Position numbers and translations under genes: made by a program. The notes below the pieces were generated by a model. That model made no database searches. It had not been told where the DNA came from and saw only the letters and a program-made list of their open reading frames with translations. From NCBI GenBank assembly GCA_002633005.1, contig NMRA01000010.1, forward strand, positions 361,280-425,279: a stretch of 64,000 nucleotides of DNA. The letters are read 5' to 3'. Origin of the DNA: Phoronis australis. Taxonomy: Eukaryota > Animalia > Phoronida. Shown here piece after piece: positions 1 through 12,500 of the stretch. Within the stretch, counting starts at the first letter, position 1; the number at the start of each line of letters is the position of its first letter.

Positions 1-1302
1 AAAATACAGTTTCGACTAAACAAATTAACTGAAAACCTCCTTATGTTTTACAAATAGCGTGTTCAAGGTTGCTAACTTCATGTGGAGTCAGGACTAACCG
101 AATATTAATTAAGTCCTGCAAACCTGCGCTAGACCCCACAACACGAGAAAAATCTGGACGAACACAAGTGTTGTCATGTGACATTTGTTTTGACGTTAGT
201 CTGCAGGTGTGGGCCGAGTGAGCAAGCCCGTGCGTGTCATCAGAGTTCATTTGCCAGAGTAGCAGACCTACATTATGTAGGCCCTAGCTCGCGCTTCTTG
301 GCCAAGTGCGCAAAATTAATGCTTTGGTCAAGTTTCGATTCGTGGTTTTTACGTGTACAAAGTATCTAGATTCCTGCATGTTGAGAAGATCTGTACGGGA
401 AAGATGCAATACAATCCCGTTGACCAGTACGCTGCATCTGTTCTGAAAGAATTGATCATAGTGGGACACGTTCCTCACATCTTGATTAGCAAAACTTTTG
501 CATTCTTTTTTAAGCACTGTGGAAGTTTGAAGTGTACAGCCACGGCTAAATACCAACATGGCGGCGAGGCTCGTGGTCTAGAAATTCCGCGCACAATGAT
601 TTTTCGATACTGTCAGATATTACACATAAATTAAAGACATTATGTAGAATTTTAGAACTGTAGGTAAGGCATTTTTCGCATATGTACACATTCACTGGGC
701 GCTTATTTTAGTGAAGTCTGAAAATGAGTGGGGGCGCTTGTAGGGGTATGGGCACTTATTATGGCGAATGTTGTTATTTATAAAATAATTTTGGCTAAAA
801 TAACATTGTACATTACAGTAAGAAATCAGTTCCAAGAATGATGGTATTTCACTCGCTGCGAGCACATGGACCAGTCTTCTGCCTTTCCCCCTTTTCTTCG
901 TTTTTTACTAGTCCACAAAAACCTTTGTGCACNCTGAACGGATTTTCATAAAATGTGGTATATAGGCACGTATTAATGAGATGATGTTATCCTCCCGTTT
1001 TCGGATGGATTCGACGTAGTTTGCGCCACCTAGTGACCATTTTTATGCACCCACATATTTATATGATGATGGCGACTGACTACTGCGGCGCCTTCTTGTT
1101 TTGTTTTGTTTTGCGCCCACAACTGTATCTTCAAAACCCACTGCAGGATCTTTTTTAGTAAAGTGAATTTATAATTATGAATATAACAGACCGTGACTTT
1201 CAGGCGGATCGAACAGACGCTCTGCCCACAAGTGGCAGTTTCATTTTGTTGTGTTTTCCTTTGTTTCTCTGGGGTTCCTTGACAGGTTTTTGTGAAATAT
1301 GG

Positions 1303-3032
1303 CAGGGATATACTCCGGTTTCAAAACCCTGCTCGCCAGCTGGGCGAGTGAACCAGAAAATCTACTCGCCCAGCCTAAAGTTAAGTCGCCCAGCCTAAAG
1401 TTAAGTCGCCCAGCCATTTGCATCTGTCCCCAAAAACTTGCTACCAGTGTAAATAAAAATCCTCGTTTCGTGCGTTGATGTTACCATCAATTAGGGCTAT
1501 CGTATTCGCCCTAATAAGCGCCCAGGAGGCTTAGAAAAAATCCTTTTGGAAGGGGGGTCGCTTGTTGTAGCCTAAGGCGGTTGAAACCCAATCTCTCAAA
1601 CGGAAGCTAGGATGCATCAAGTTTACACGTTGTGACATATCTGTAACCAATGACAGACTTTCTACAAAACTTTGGTGCATTGCTATCAAACTTTGTTGTT
1701 AAATTACTATTTTTTTAAACTGAAAATATGCTGAATTCCCAGGGTGAAAACTTGCCGACTGATGCGTCGCTGCCTGCATGGCGATCGTCAGTAGGGCAAC
1801 TTGAATTCTTGAGTAAAAATACAGTTTCGACTAAACAAATTAACTGAAAACCTCCTGATGTTTTACAAATAGCGTGTTTAAGGTTTTTAAGTTCAGGTGG
1901 AGTCAGGACTAACCGAATATTAAGTAAGTCCTGCAAACCTGCGCTAGACCCTACAACACGAGAAAAATCTGGACGAACACAAGTGTTGTCATGTGACGTT
2001 TGTTTTGACGTGGTGTGGGCCGAGTGAGCAAGCCCGTGCGTGTTCATTTGCCAGAGTAGCAGACCTACATTATGTAGGCCCTAGCTCGCGCTTCTTGGCC
2101 ACATGCGCAAAATTAATGCTTTGGTCAAGTTTCGATTCGTGGTTCGTGTACAAAGTATCTAGATTCCTGCATGTTGAGAAGATCTGTACGGGAAAGATGC
2201 AATACAATCCCGTTGACCAGTACGCTGCGTCTGTTCTGAAAGACCTGATCTTAGTGGGACACATTCCTCGCATCTTGATTAGCAAAATTTTTGCATTCTT
2301 TTTTAAGCACTGCGGAAGTTTGAAGTGTACAGCCACGGCTAAATACCAACATAGCGGCGAGGCTCGTGGTCTAGAAATTCCGCGCACAATGATTTTTCAA
2401 TACTGTCAGATATTACACATAAATTAAAGACATTATGTAGAATTTTAGAACTGTAGGTAAGGCATTTTTCGCATATGTACTCATTCACTGGGCGCTTATT
2501 TTAGTGAAGTCTGAAAATGAGTGGGGGCGCTTATAGGGGTATGGGCGCTTATTATGTCGAATGTTATTATTTATAAAATAATTTTGGCTAAAATAACATT
2601 GTACATTACAATAAGAAATCAGTTCCAAGAATGATGGTATTTCACTCGCTGCGAGCACATGGACCAGTCTTCTGCCTTTCCCCCTTTTCTTCGTTTTTTA
2701 CTAGTCCACAAAAACCTTTGTGCACTACCACACACTGATCTTTTGTCTAGAAGAATCCCGTAACGGGTGACATCTACTGAATTGGTAAGATTGCACTGCG
2801 TCGATGTTTTTTACTGCCGGAGAATCGACACGCTGGCCAAACTGAACCTTAAATTCATGATAAAAGCACAAGGAGGAGAAAATTTATTTATGTTCATCTG
2901 GGAAACGATATTATAATAGTGCTTTTGTACTCTGAAAATTCGCTCGCCACTTGGGCGATCGGGCAAGTCACTCGCCCAGCACCATTTTTACTCGTATTGG
3001 CAACTGGGCGATTGGCAAAAAGTATATCCCTG
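1303..3032. mobile_element. hAT-like non-autonomous TIR element with 6-bp TSD, containing a nested element
   Basis: TIR CAGGGATATACT...AGTATATCCCTG; ATATGG on both flanks; subterminal CTCGCCCAG/CTGGGCGA motifs. Confidence 0.7.
1500..2563. mobile_element. Nested non-autonomous TIR element (TAATAAGCGCCC-type ends, Tc1/mariner-like)
   Basis: Left CGTATTCGCCCTAATAAGCGCCC; right GGGCGCTTTATTATGTCGAATG (copy at ~750 reads GGCACTTATTATGGCGAATG); boundaries approximate. Confidence 0.5.
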
Positions 3033-3096
3033 ATATGGCATGTTTCCGTTTTTAGATGGATTGTACGTTTTTGCGTCATCTAGGGGCCATTATATT

Positions 3097-4052
3097 GATA
3101 CATATAGATTATTATATGGCGAAGTCGTTATCCCCCATTATCTAGAGCCCGAGTGGATTTTGGAGAATTATCGCCCAAGGGGCATTAGCCCCAAGGGTGA
3201 TAATTCTCCAAAATCTACTCGGGCTCTAGATAACGGGATAACGACTGAGAACATGGTAATAATCTATTTATACCACATACTGAATGAGAAACATTGCAAT
3301 GAATCGATCTACCTTTCTCGACTTGCCTCGGCTTTGTTACTACTGTCAGAGCCCCGGGGTTGGAGACCTTTTAAGAAAAGCTATTTTTGTCAAATAATGA
3401 TTTTACTCAAAACCAATTGAAAAATAAAACAAAATAGAAATAAAGTGAATTTATAAATTAAGGTTTAGCAACTATTGTAGCTTATTACACATTTTATCAC
3501 GCTAAGCTTTGACCGGGAAAATATCGTCTGCTAAAGTAGGTTATCACTAGTAACTGAGTATAATGCTCAAGTCAAAGGATCCCGACCACACTACACCTGC
3601 ATTCAAATTGGAGATCGGTGATTTACAAGTGAGGGAACACGAGAGAAAAATTTCACTGAATTAAAATATAGTTTTTATGGAAATTATGCGTCTTATTTTT
3701 CATAGCGTATAAATGTCGGTGCAATGCCCTTTGTTGAACATGCAATTGTTGCGCGTGCTCATTTAAGTATTCTATTTTTCACGTTCGATGACGTCAGCCG
3801 CTGAGTGATGTAGTGGTAAAGTCAGCCACTTGAAACTCTTGAGGCCCGGGTTCAAATCCAGCCTGGGTTTCCTGCCAAAATATTGTTTCACTAGTGAGAT
3901 AAATTTATGGGTTATTACACGGTTTTATACCACAATATTAGCCTTGAATCATGGCAGATGCAACCGCCCCTCGAGCGATAATTCTCCAAAATCCACTCGG
4001 ACTCTAAATAACGAGGGATAACGACTTCGCCATGTAATAATATATATGTATC
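3097..4052. mobile_element. Non-autonomous element with ~85-bp inverted termini and an internal inverted copy forming a hairpin
   Basis: GATACATATAGATTATTATATGGCGAAGTCGTTATCCC... mirrored at 3975-4052; internal palindrome at 3123-3246. Confidence 0.7.
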
Positions 4053-4195
4053 TGCCTTTCAAGGCTAATATATATATGAATAACCCTAAAAATACACCAT
4101 TTGCGATGCATTCATCGGCACATTCCAGTGCTCTGCGTTGCTCTTGTTTCGAGTTTTGAAGTTTTAAGAAGTACACCCAAAAACTGTCACCTCTC

Positions 4196-4506
4196 CATAG
4201 GCGGATTTAGGGGGGGCCCGGATCCCCCCCCCTTGACTGCCATAAGCAAAAATGGAACAGCAACTGCGTGAAGCGCGAGGAAATATTGAGTAAGCAACTA
4301 GGACGCAGAGAAGGGGGTGCCCCCAGATCTCGGCTTTCCCGTTTTTTTTTTTTTTTTAGTCCACCGGTAGGTTTTCCGAATAGATGGTTAATTCACACAC
4401 CCGGCTCCCGCAACTTTGGGTCTGAGCTACACATACAATTGCACTTTGCCCAATTCCCCGAGACAACATGTTGGGCCCCCCTTATGGTATCCTAGGTCCG
4501 CCACTG
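4196..4506. mobile_element. MITE (CAxxGGCGGATTTAG...GTCCGCCACTG) with 5-bp TSD
   Basis: CTCTC directly flanks both ends; imperfect TIRs. Confidence 0.75.
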
Positions 4507-4614
4507 CTCTCTACCTGCTTTGAGTTAATTGCTGGTATGAAAACTAACCTGATGATAAAAGTGTTGACAGCTTTCATTGAGCTAACATTATGTTATTTTG
4601 TTCATGCTCTTCAG

Positions 4615-4710
4615 AGGTCCAACATACTGCAGGACGCCCAAGCAATGACAGGTTCCTGATGGAGATGCAATCCATCATGGTTAAGATTGAATTCTATATC
4701 AAGAAAGAAG
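4615..4710 (+). CDS. RIG-I-like receptor (DDX58/IFIH1/DHX58 family) internal exon, start of Hel2i region
   Basis: ttcag|AGGTCC...AAAGAAG|gtaagt; reads (E)VQHTAGRPSNDRFLMEMQSIMVKIEFYIKKE; phase 1-1, joins the next exon in frame. Confidence 0.8.
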
Positions 4711-4774
4711 GTAAGTGGTACATGGTTATGCTGAATTTGTAGTCTTTAAAAGAATATTGCAGGTGGTCTGATTG

Positions 4775-4990
4775 ATACACGTTGTACCAGACGTGGGCAG
4801 GCCGCGCATGTGGGCCCATTGCACTGATCACCTGGAACTATTTTTGTGCTTTATTAATTTGTTAAAACCGAGCTGAGGAGCTCATAGCTAGAAACGTGAC
4901 TTAAGGGTCTAGCAGTGTGGCCCAGTGGGACTCAAAGCCATGACCTCGAGTAAAGAAGGCGGACACCATCAAACTAGGCCACGCTGCCTC
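4775..4990 (-). mobile_element. tRNA-derived SINE-like repeat
   Basis: Reverse-complement similarity to the 33778 and 62152 copies (head ...TACTCGAGGTCATGG..., tail CAGTGCAATGGGCCC...CTGGTAC). Confidence 0.6.
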
Positions 4991-5149
4991 CTCAAAAATC
5001 TTTAGATCAACGGTGCTTTTAACACGACTTTCCAATCATTTCTGACTTGCTTGAATTCTCTTGATCGTGGTCCTCTGAAGAATCACCTTTGACCTCATGC
5101 ATTATAATCATAAAATACAGGCATTACATTATTGAGGGTTACGTTTCAG

Positions 5150-5319
5150 GCCACGAAATGGTGAAGCTTGTCCCTAAGATAAGTGGTCTGCTCAACTCAC
5201 CGACTGAAAAAGGAAACGAACGCTACACGCAATGGGCAACGGAGCTGAGAAATACTGCGTTCTTATTAACCGAGCATAAAATGCGTCGACGGGTTCTCGC
5301 CTGCATTGGAGATTTACAA
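5150..5319 (+). CDS. RIG-I-like receptor exon (Hel2i)
   Basis: tttcag|GCCACG...TTACAA|gtaagt; (G)HEMVKLVPKISGLLNSPTEKGNERYTQWATELRNTAFLLTEHKMRRRVLACIGDLQ, resembling the RLR GTQxYEQW segment. Confidence 0.85.
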
Positions 5320-6543
5320 GTAAGTTGCTATTTTAAACCACCTATAGGCAACATGAATACAGAGATCAACCACATCACTTGGACCACGAGCCATGTAACT
5401 ATTCACCAGCTATGGTTTAAGGGAGACAATTCCAGCTTCACCAGCCAAGATATACTGTTTTATGATTAATAGGGCAAGTTGATCAGAGAATAGCGGGTAA
5501 AGGCCATCTCATATGGAAAGCTATAAACTGTGTGCCACAAGTCAAGTCACTACATTGTCACCTGCATACTGCCAGTTAAAATGCTGACTGACCTGGAAAC
5601 TACATGGTGTAGTAAACAGTATAGATTTTGTACATGTGTCTACAATGAGCCATGGAGAGAGATTTGTTGTGGTCAGATGATGCAAGCAATTGCCATTGGC
5701 TGTTAATTTTGGTCGGCTAAGCGTTTGGCTCACTTGATGGGAGGATTTATGATCATCATTTGCCTCGTCGCCTAGCGACAAAATCGTTAAGGTTCATTTT
5801 GCTGCTAAAGTGAGCTATTTGAGGGTCATAGCTCTCTGTCATTGCATAGCCTTGGTGCTCTACCTGGAGTCAACTGATATCAAGTACTGTACTCACTCAG
5901 AAGTTCCTGCATAAATCTATAGTTGGCAAATATCTCTCGGCCCAGGCAGACCTTGATTATCATTGACCAATAGCGAAGTGATGTTCAGTCAATTTGGATG
6001 CTAAGAACAGTCAAGAAATTTTGTGAATAAGTCGTAATAAAACGATTTACTTTGTGTGGAGAGGCAGTTACTACTGACAACTTGTGGCACAAAACATACA
6101 GCTGTTAATGATTGATTGTTTCTGACTTGGTTGCTATTTAACATGCTTTGGTTACAGTCTTTAATTAATCAAATTATAATGTTGGAAATCTGATATGTTA
6201 TATTTTGTACCATCTTCGAGTTTGAGGTAACCAAATTAAACCTTGAGATACTGGTTGAATCGTCTGACCAACAGTTCATAATATACAGTAAAGCGCACAG
6301 TCAATATCAATATACACACCCATAAGTACATGCATGCATTGTACAATTTGATGCATGCATATTTAATTGTTCAACATGTCGCTCGTGAAAACGAAAAAAC
6401 AGTCTGATAATCTAACTGCTGTGAACGTATGACTAGGTTTATCGACAGACCGATCACAGACAGCACCCACCTTCCTTCACAAAACTACAACCGACATTCA
6501 CAGGGTTTGTCTGTTGTCCTTCTCAACCATGTTTTTGTTTCAG

Positions 6544-6682
6544 TGCTACAATGAAGCTCTTGTCGTAGCGCATGACTGCAGAGCTTTGGATGCTATGGAG
6601 TATGTGGAACAAAAATTAGCTTCCATCCGCAACCCAAATCATTTTGATGAAACTGACCAGTGGCTGGATACTATTTACAAGG
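6544..6682 (+). CDS. RIG-I-like receptor exon (Hel2i)
   Basis: tttcag|TGCTAC...ACAAGG|gtaggt; CYNEALVVAHDCRALDAMEYVEQKLASIRNPNHFDETDQWLDTIYK, matching the RLR YNDAL...R..DAL.YL motif; ends phase 1. Confidence 0.9.
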
Positions 6683-7010
6683 GTAGGTATGCAGAGATAA
6701 CTCGTTATTTGTTGATGTTAATTGTTATACATTTCCTAATTGTATAGTAAGTGAAAACCAAATAATTATAAAACTGCAACAATGTTTATAATCAAACAAA
6801 ATTTGTTCTATTTTTACATTGTTGTTTTGCTATTAAACTAATTTATGTATCTTTTTCTTGCTAAGCGGTATTAAAATTTAAGAAAGACTTGATTGGGCAG
6901 ATTGTTGTAAGTCAAAAATCAAATTCTACAGGCTTTCTAATTTCAGAAAATACTTATACCAACTGAATTTAAAATCTTTAGTTTTGTCCATATTGGGTTT
7001 TATACCTTCA

Positions 7011-7054
7011 NNNNNNNNNNNNNNNNNNNNNNNNNNNNNNNNNNNNNNNNNNNN
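7011..7054. other. Scaffold gap (44 N)
   Basis: Run of N. Confidence 1.
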
Positions 7055-7096
7055 AAACGAAAAATACGAGACAATTAGGGAAACTCAAAACATTAC

Positions 7097-7181
7097 CCAA
7101 TGGTATTTAAGTACAGGAAAAGATCGAGCGCATCGTTCACGACACAACCGTCGTTAAGGTTCTTGACCGACACTGCTACAC
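7097..7181 (-). pseudogene. ASS1: Next orphan argininosuccinate synthase exon
   Basis: ttcccag|GTGTAG...CATTGG|gtaatg; (G)VAVSVKNLNDGCVVNDALDLFLYLNTIG vs human [30 protein letters not shown] (recalled); in phase with the 8924-9042 exon. Confidence 0.85.
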
Positions 7182-8923
7182 CTGGGAAGAAATGTCAATG
7201 ACTTGTCAATCAATAACCACCATGATAATTACCTGCACCAACCATGAATAACACAGGCTACACATACCAAATTACACAGCTGGACAGACTGCAGGCTACC
7301 TTTTCAATGTTAAAACTCTATACCACAGTTATCACAAAACAATATTTTGAAAATTTATGGGCATTTTTGCAACTGCTTCAAATCCCTTCGAAAAATTTAA
7401 AAAGGGCCAATTTGACAGCAGTACTATTTTTGTCCGAAATTGGAGTGATTTTGAGGCAGCAAGTTCCTACAGATTAAGTAGATCATGAATGCCATGGCAA
7501 CAATTTCAAGGCTTGGAATGACAAATGACAAAAAGAGAAAATTTTTCTAGGTGGTGTACATGTAGAGGCTTGTGCCATAGAAATATTTTTTGTGTTGTGA
7601 AATTTAACTGAAAAAACGATTTTACGTGAATGAAGTCAAAATAAGGATAAAAAAGAGAAGAAGAAAGAGGAAATCAGAAATCAAATAAGAGGAAATCAAA
7701 ACCAAAAAAGATTTCAACCCTCTTAAAAGAGGAAATTTCCAAGCCCTGAATTTGCAGGGCGCCACATTTCTTTTTCTTTATTAGTTGCACAATGTCAGAT
7801 TGTGACATAAAATTTGCCAAAAAGCATTCGCTGGAAGTACAGTATAGATTCTCTAGTTTGGTAGTCTCTGAAACTTGTGACACTGAAATTCCAGCCAAAA
7901 TGGATTCTGAAGAATGGGACAACTATTATACATGATTGTAAAGTCTGAACCATAAAATTGTCAAAAACAGCTGCCAACAAAACTAACATCTTTTTTGTAA
8001 GTTAGGCATGGCTAATATTAGTATTTCTAAAGTTGATACAGATCCAATCTTGAATAAAATAATTAATTTTTCACTGTGTTCTAACTTGGAGACTTGTTAC
8101 CATAATTGGTGTCAGACATTTTACCCCCTGCAAAGTATGAGTAACAAAAACTATGTTGAACTGAATGAAAAACTTAAGATTGCTAGAAATAAAATATTCC
8201 AAACATTCCAATGAATTCAAAAAGGCAACAGTGCAGTGTAAGTTAAGTTTTGGCCAGATGAATATAGACTTGCTATTCACTTACCAAACAAACCTATATG
8301 GTAACTATAGCAACAAAAGCCTTGTATACAAAAATCTAAAAGCACCACACTTAACAAGGAGTTAAAGTCACAATTCATCAACAGACAACGTGCGCATAGA
8401 GCGGGGAATTGAAATGTTTACGGAACAACACTCGGTTTCTTGCACAAAATTTCACCAAGGACCTGGGACTTACCTAGCAACTGCCATGATAGCCATCACT
8501 GGGATAGCCAGTTTTAAAGAACGACAGCTCAGACATGGCCAAGAGAGAAAAAATGCTCGTTTTAAGATAACCTCAGCGAAAATGATGGCTACATGAAGAA
8601 TGTAACATTTCTGACTGTGTAAATTATATTGAAATTGGGTAGAAATAATTGGTTCAGTTCCATAAATATTCAAACATAAATCCAGATTACAGACTATTAC
8701 CCACAATGTTTACCATCACTATCAAACTGATGATCGGAAACGCTGGCAGCCATAATTTCCCCTGTCCTGTGACCTCAGGGTGACCGCATACGAAATCCCC
8801 CCATATGGCGAGACAGTATCAATCTCATGAATTTACATGGCAATTGCCCACTTTTCACATCCTAGAACAGTCCCTGTCATGGATACCTCAAGGACAAGGA
8901 AATACTTAGCATGACAGCAGTAC

Positions 8924-9042
8924 CTCGTTTGAATTCAATCTCCAGTTTGTCTGGTTGATCAGGTGACTTTCTGGGGTCAGTGGTCATTAAGTAAAGGTCA
9001 GGTGCCTCAGTCTTGGGATCTTCAAGGATTCCAGCTTCATAA
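8924..9042 (-). pseudogene. ASS1: Orphan argininosuccinate synthase exon (intact frame and splice sites)
   Basis: ccattag|TTATGAAGCT...AAACGAG|gtactg; (S)YEAGILEDPKTEAPDLYLMTTDPRKSPDQPDKLEIEFKR(G) vs human [42 protein letters not shown] (recalled); could be a misplaced piece of the functional gene. Confidence 0.85.
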
Positions 9043-9155
9043 CTAATGGAGAAAATGTCAAAGGGCAAAGGTAAACCTACTCTGTAATGCCATAAACAAC
9101 AAACAATAACAACAATAAAAATAACTAATCTTAAATTTATCACGCCTTATGAATT

Positions 9156-9550
9156 GAAGCACTTCCCATTTAAAAAGGGACTTTCCCATTTTGTCCCAAA
9201 CTGAAATGTAATATTACATTTCAGATAAATATCAACATTTTGTCATTAAATTTGGTTTATAATCGATCATGACCCCCTCCTTAATGCATTTCATGTCCTA
9301 CTTTTAAAAAACCTCATTTAGTCTTCTGTTAATTAGCCATTGAAATTTGCTGTCGTAATATTACACACAAGGAATGTGTAATATTACACACGACTGCTTG
9401 ATATTACGCACGGGTCCGTAATATTACACACTGATGTGTAATCTTACGCATTTTTGCGTAATCTTACACATCTGATGTGTAATATCAAGCAAGAATGAAA
9501 TTTGCCGTATAGTGACTTGGGATATCTGAAATGCCGCATTTATTCGAATT
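9156..9550 (+). repeat. Left terminal inverted repeat of the large element
   Basis: ~190-bp unique outer domain followed by repeated GTAATATTAC/GTAATCTTAC motifs; high identity to the reverse complement of 25860-26275. Confidence 0.9.
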
Positions 9551-12500
9551 TTGTTGCTTGTAGATTTCTTGGTTGTTTTTGATCCTTTTGTTTCGATGGT
9601 TTTGTCTTGTTTTAACACATACTAACTGCCCAGGATATACAGCTGAGACACCACGGTTAACACCATTTTTGTTTAGGTATACGATATCGCGGCGGCAGCC
9701 CAACGGCGACATAGTAAAACTCTGGCGAAGCGCAATTTGCAGTTGCGATGACTTGAGATTTTCGACGTGCGGCATTTGTTCGAATTTTGTTGAAACACTA
9801 ACGCTCTGCAGTAAGTTCCATGTAGTTCATAAAACGACTTATGGGGTATTTTTGATCAGCTACGTTTTGTTAGTTTTATCTTGCTTATATTCATGCAAAC
9901 AGGGCAGGATATACTCTTCAGACACCACGGGTAACAACAACTTTGCAGCGGCAGCCCAACGGCGGCATGGCAAAACTCTGGCGAATCTCAACTGATCGAA
10001 CCATCTGTGTCCTAAAAAAATACGCTTGTGAGAGCTAGCTTCAGTAAACAAGCTACTGTATCACTCTTTTTATCATTCCCTGGTGCTCCGATGCGTAATC
10101 TTACGCGCAACGCGTAATCTTATGCATTTTGCGTAATCTTACGCACTGACGTGTAAGATCATGAAAGAATGAAATTGCCTGTTGTCGTGACTTGGGATTT
10201 CTTAAGCTCCGCATTTATTCAAATTTTGTTGAAATACTAACGGTTGACAGGTATGAGACGACATCGCATGTTTTTATCATTTTCGTTTAGATGTGACTTC
10301 AACTTAGCAGGACATGCACTTGAGACACCTCGGGTGAACACTTATGTTTAAATACATTTTATAGTAACGGCATTGGACAAATCCTGCCGCAGTGAAAGAA
10401 ATTTTACAAGGGCAAATGATCGAACTGCCTGTATCCAAAAAATTAAGCCGCGCTTGTGAAGGCTAGCTTCAGGAAACAAGCCACTGTTTCCTTTTTCAAT
10501 ACCTTAGTCAGTATGCTCGCTTTTGTGATTTGACGCTCAAGTGCATAATCTTACACGTGTGTCCTGATCGAAGTCACCTTCGACTGTTGAGTCCTTGGTC
10601 ATACGACTACCCAGGTGAGCCTTCATTGCTGGGTGACTGAGCTTCAACAGCGCACCGCTCACACGCGTGTATTTTTGGAGCTCATTTTAGCGAGATATCA
10701 CGACACGCCTGTGGTCGTAACCTTACGCACATGATATTACGCTAAAATATCTTGACCGTAGATCAATATTTTGGGTAGGTACCTGCTTCATGGGAAGCGG
10801 ATTGTTCTGTTCGCTCTCGAGTTCTCCAAGGGATGCTCGCCTTGGTCTCTAAGTCGAGATAGACTATTCTTCCAACTAGTTAATATACCAGTCATCATTG
10901 GAACCATCTGTGATTGTATGGTCGGTAGAGACTTCACACAAGAGGTTTTATTTCTCATTTTTGTCACCTATATGTTGCGATTTTCCTCATTTAATTCACG
11001 TGAATTGTTTACTTACGTAAACTAAAGGTGGAATGAGACGTATATGAGATGAATGTGAGAGGGACACTGCGGTGTACTTGTTTTTATCTAGTTGCGCTGT
11101 TTTAATAGATTGCGACAGAAATAAACAATAAGCAATGGATCTGTCCTAATAATAGGAGGGGGAGCGTGGATAATCTTGCACGGGTTGTTGTCTCGAAAAA
11201 GTCGGAGTAGTACAAGTCCACTCAATCGATCACATACCTTCTGAATGCGTCATATCACGCGTCCGTTTGCAGCTTTTTCGGAGGTGCTGTGTTGTGTTGG
11301 CATTGTCGCGAAAGAGTCTTCCGCTCGTTTTCTTTAACGTTTCTGTCCTGCTCTGATGCGCAGAGGAGCCTACTACTACGATTTTGCCGTAGTTTCTACC
11401 CTTTTGTTGCTTTCACTACGCCACTACGGTCAGGGTCAAGATTCTACGTTTTCGCGCTCAGGAGTAAATAAACTAAGACATGAACTTATGTTGTTTTTTA
11501 TCGTTCTGTGATACATACGCCATAAGCAAGGCAAAACTGTGAGTTACAAATGTCAAAACACGCTGCTAATTTTTTTTCTTAATTATAAGTTCGTCGGATT
11601 CATTGTCTACTTGTGATTCAAGTTCCACTACGACGGTGATCGGCTTCGTCGGAAGGCGGCACCCAGACGGAGACTGTTGGTAACTAATTCGTCCCTTGGC
11701 ATCTAGCTCAGTGTTTTAAGATATTTTCCGTTTGTAGTGACACGTCGCTCGGCAACATTCCTTTACTTTTACAGTTAAGAAATACTTAATAGAAAACGCC
11801 TTGTTCGGAAGTACGAACGCAAAATCGAACCTTGACGGCTTTTGCGAAGTGCCCAGTCTTTGATTGACAGGTTGTGAGGTCACATGGCAGATTAAAGAAA
11901 AATAGGTCACATGACTTATTCGAACAATAACGCTTAATTGAAAATTATATCACGCTAAACTCCACCAACAACGTTCTTAATAGTGATCTTTCTTGACATG
12001 AAGAACCCAAAAGGTTACATGAGCGGCGATTATTATCTTACGGAGCAGCCACCGTGACTTCGTCCGAGAAATCACATTCTTATTACGAACAGCTGATTGC
12101 GAGTGAGTCCAGGATTGCAGGTGACAAAAATGAAGCGTTTTTACTGGTTGATATTTATGTGTCTGGGAGCGCGTGCGCCTGTCACGTATTTTCATTATCG
12201 TCTGATCTTGTCTTAGCGATCGAACTCATCCGGCGTCCGAGTCGAACAGTGAACAGACGGCAAAAAACTAGAAAACTTGGGCCAGCCAACATACATTAAT
12301 GTCCCCGGGCAGACAAGGCATCCGTGCATCAAACGTCCGACAGGGAGTGACAAACACGTTCGGTGCACGCTGTGTGGGACCAACTTTCGCAATAATCATG
12401 GTGACCGATTAGAACAAAGCGTCGACACAAACAGAGGAAACATTAGAACTTGCTAAAATGGATGAATAGTGGGTTTCCATTTTAGTTCGCGCTGAACTAT

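Noticed and set aside
1715-2427. ORFs of 105-144 aa in the first 2.5 kb as upstream RLR exons or a transposase
   Set aside because: No helicase, CARD or DDE motifs; they lie in a non-autonomous repeat, and the frames are not preserved between the two copies
1-2725. Direct duplication 1-932 vs 1816-2725
   Set aside because: The first copy ends exactly at a single N (933), and the copies differ by scattered SNPs/indels, as expected for allelic contig overlap in a heterozygous assembly
9340-9490. CRISPR-like array of GTAATATTAC repeats with short spacers
   Set aside because: Eukaryotic context, ~10-bp degenerate repeats with ~10-bp spacers mirrored in the opposite TIR, and no cas genes; these are transposon subterminal motifs
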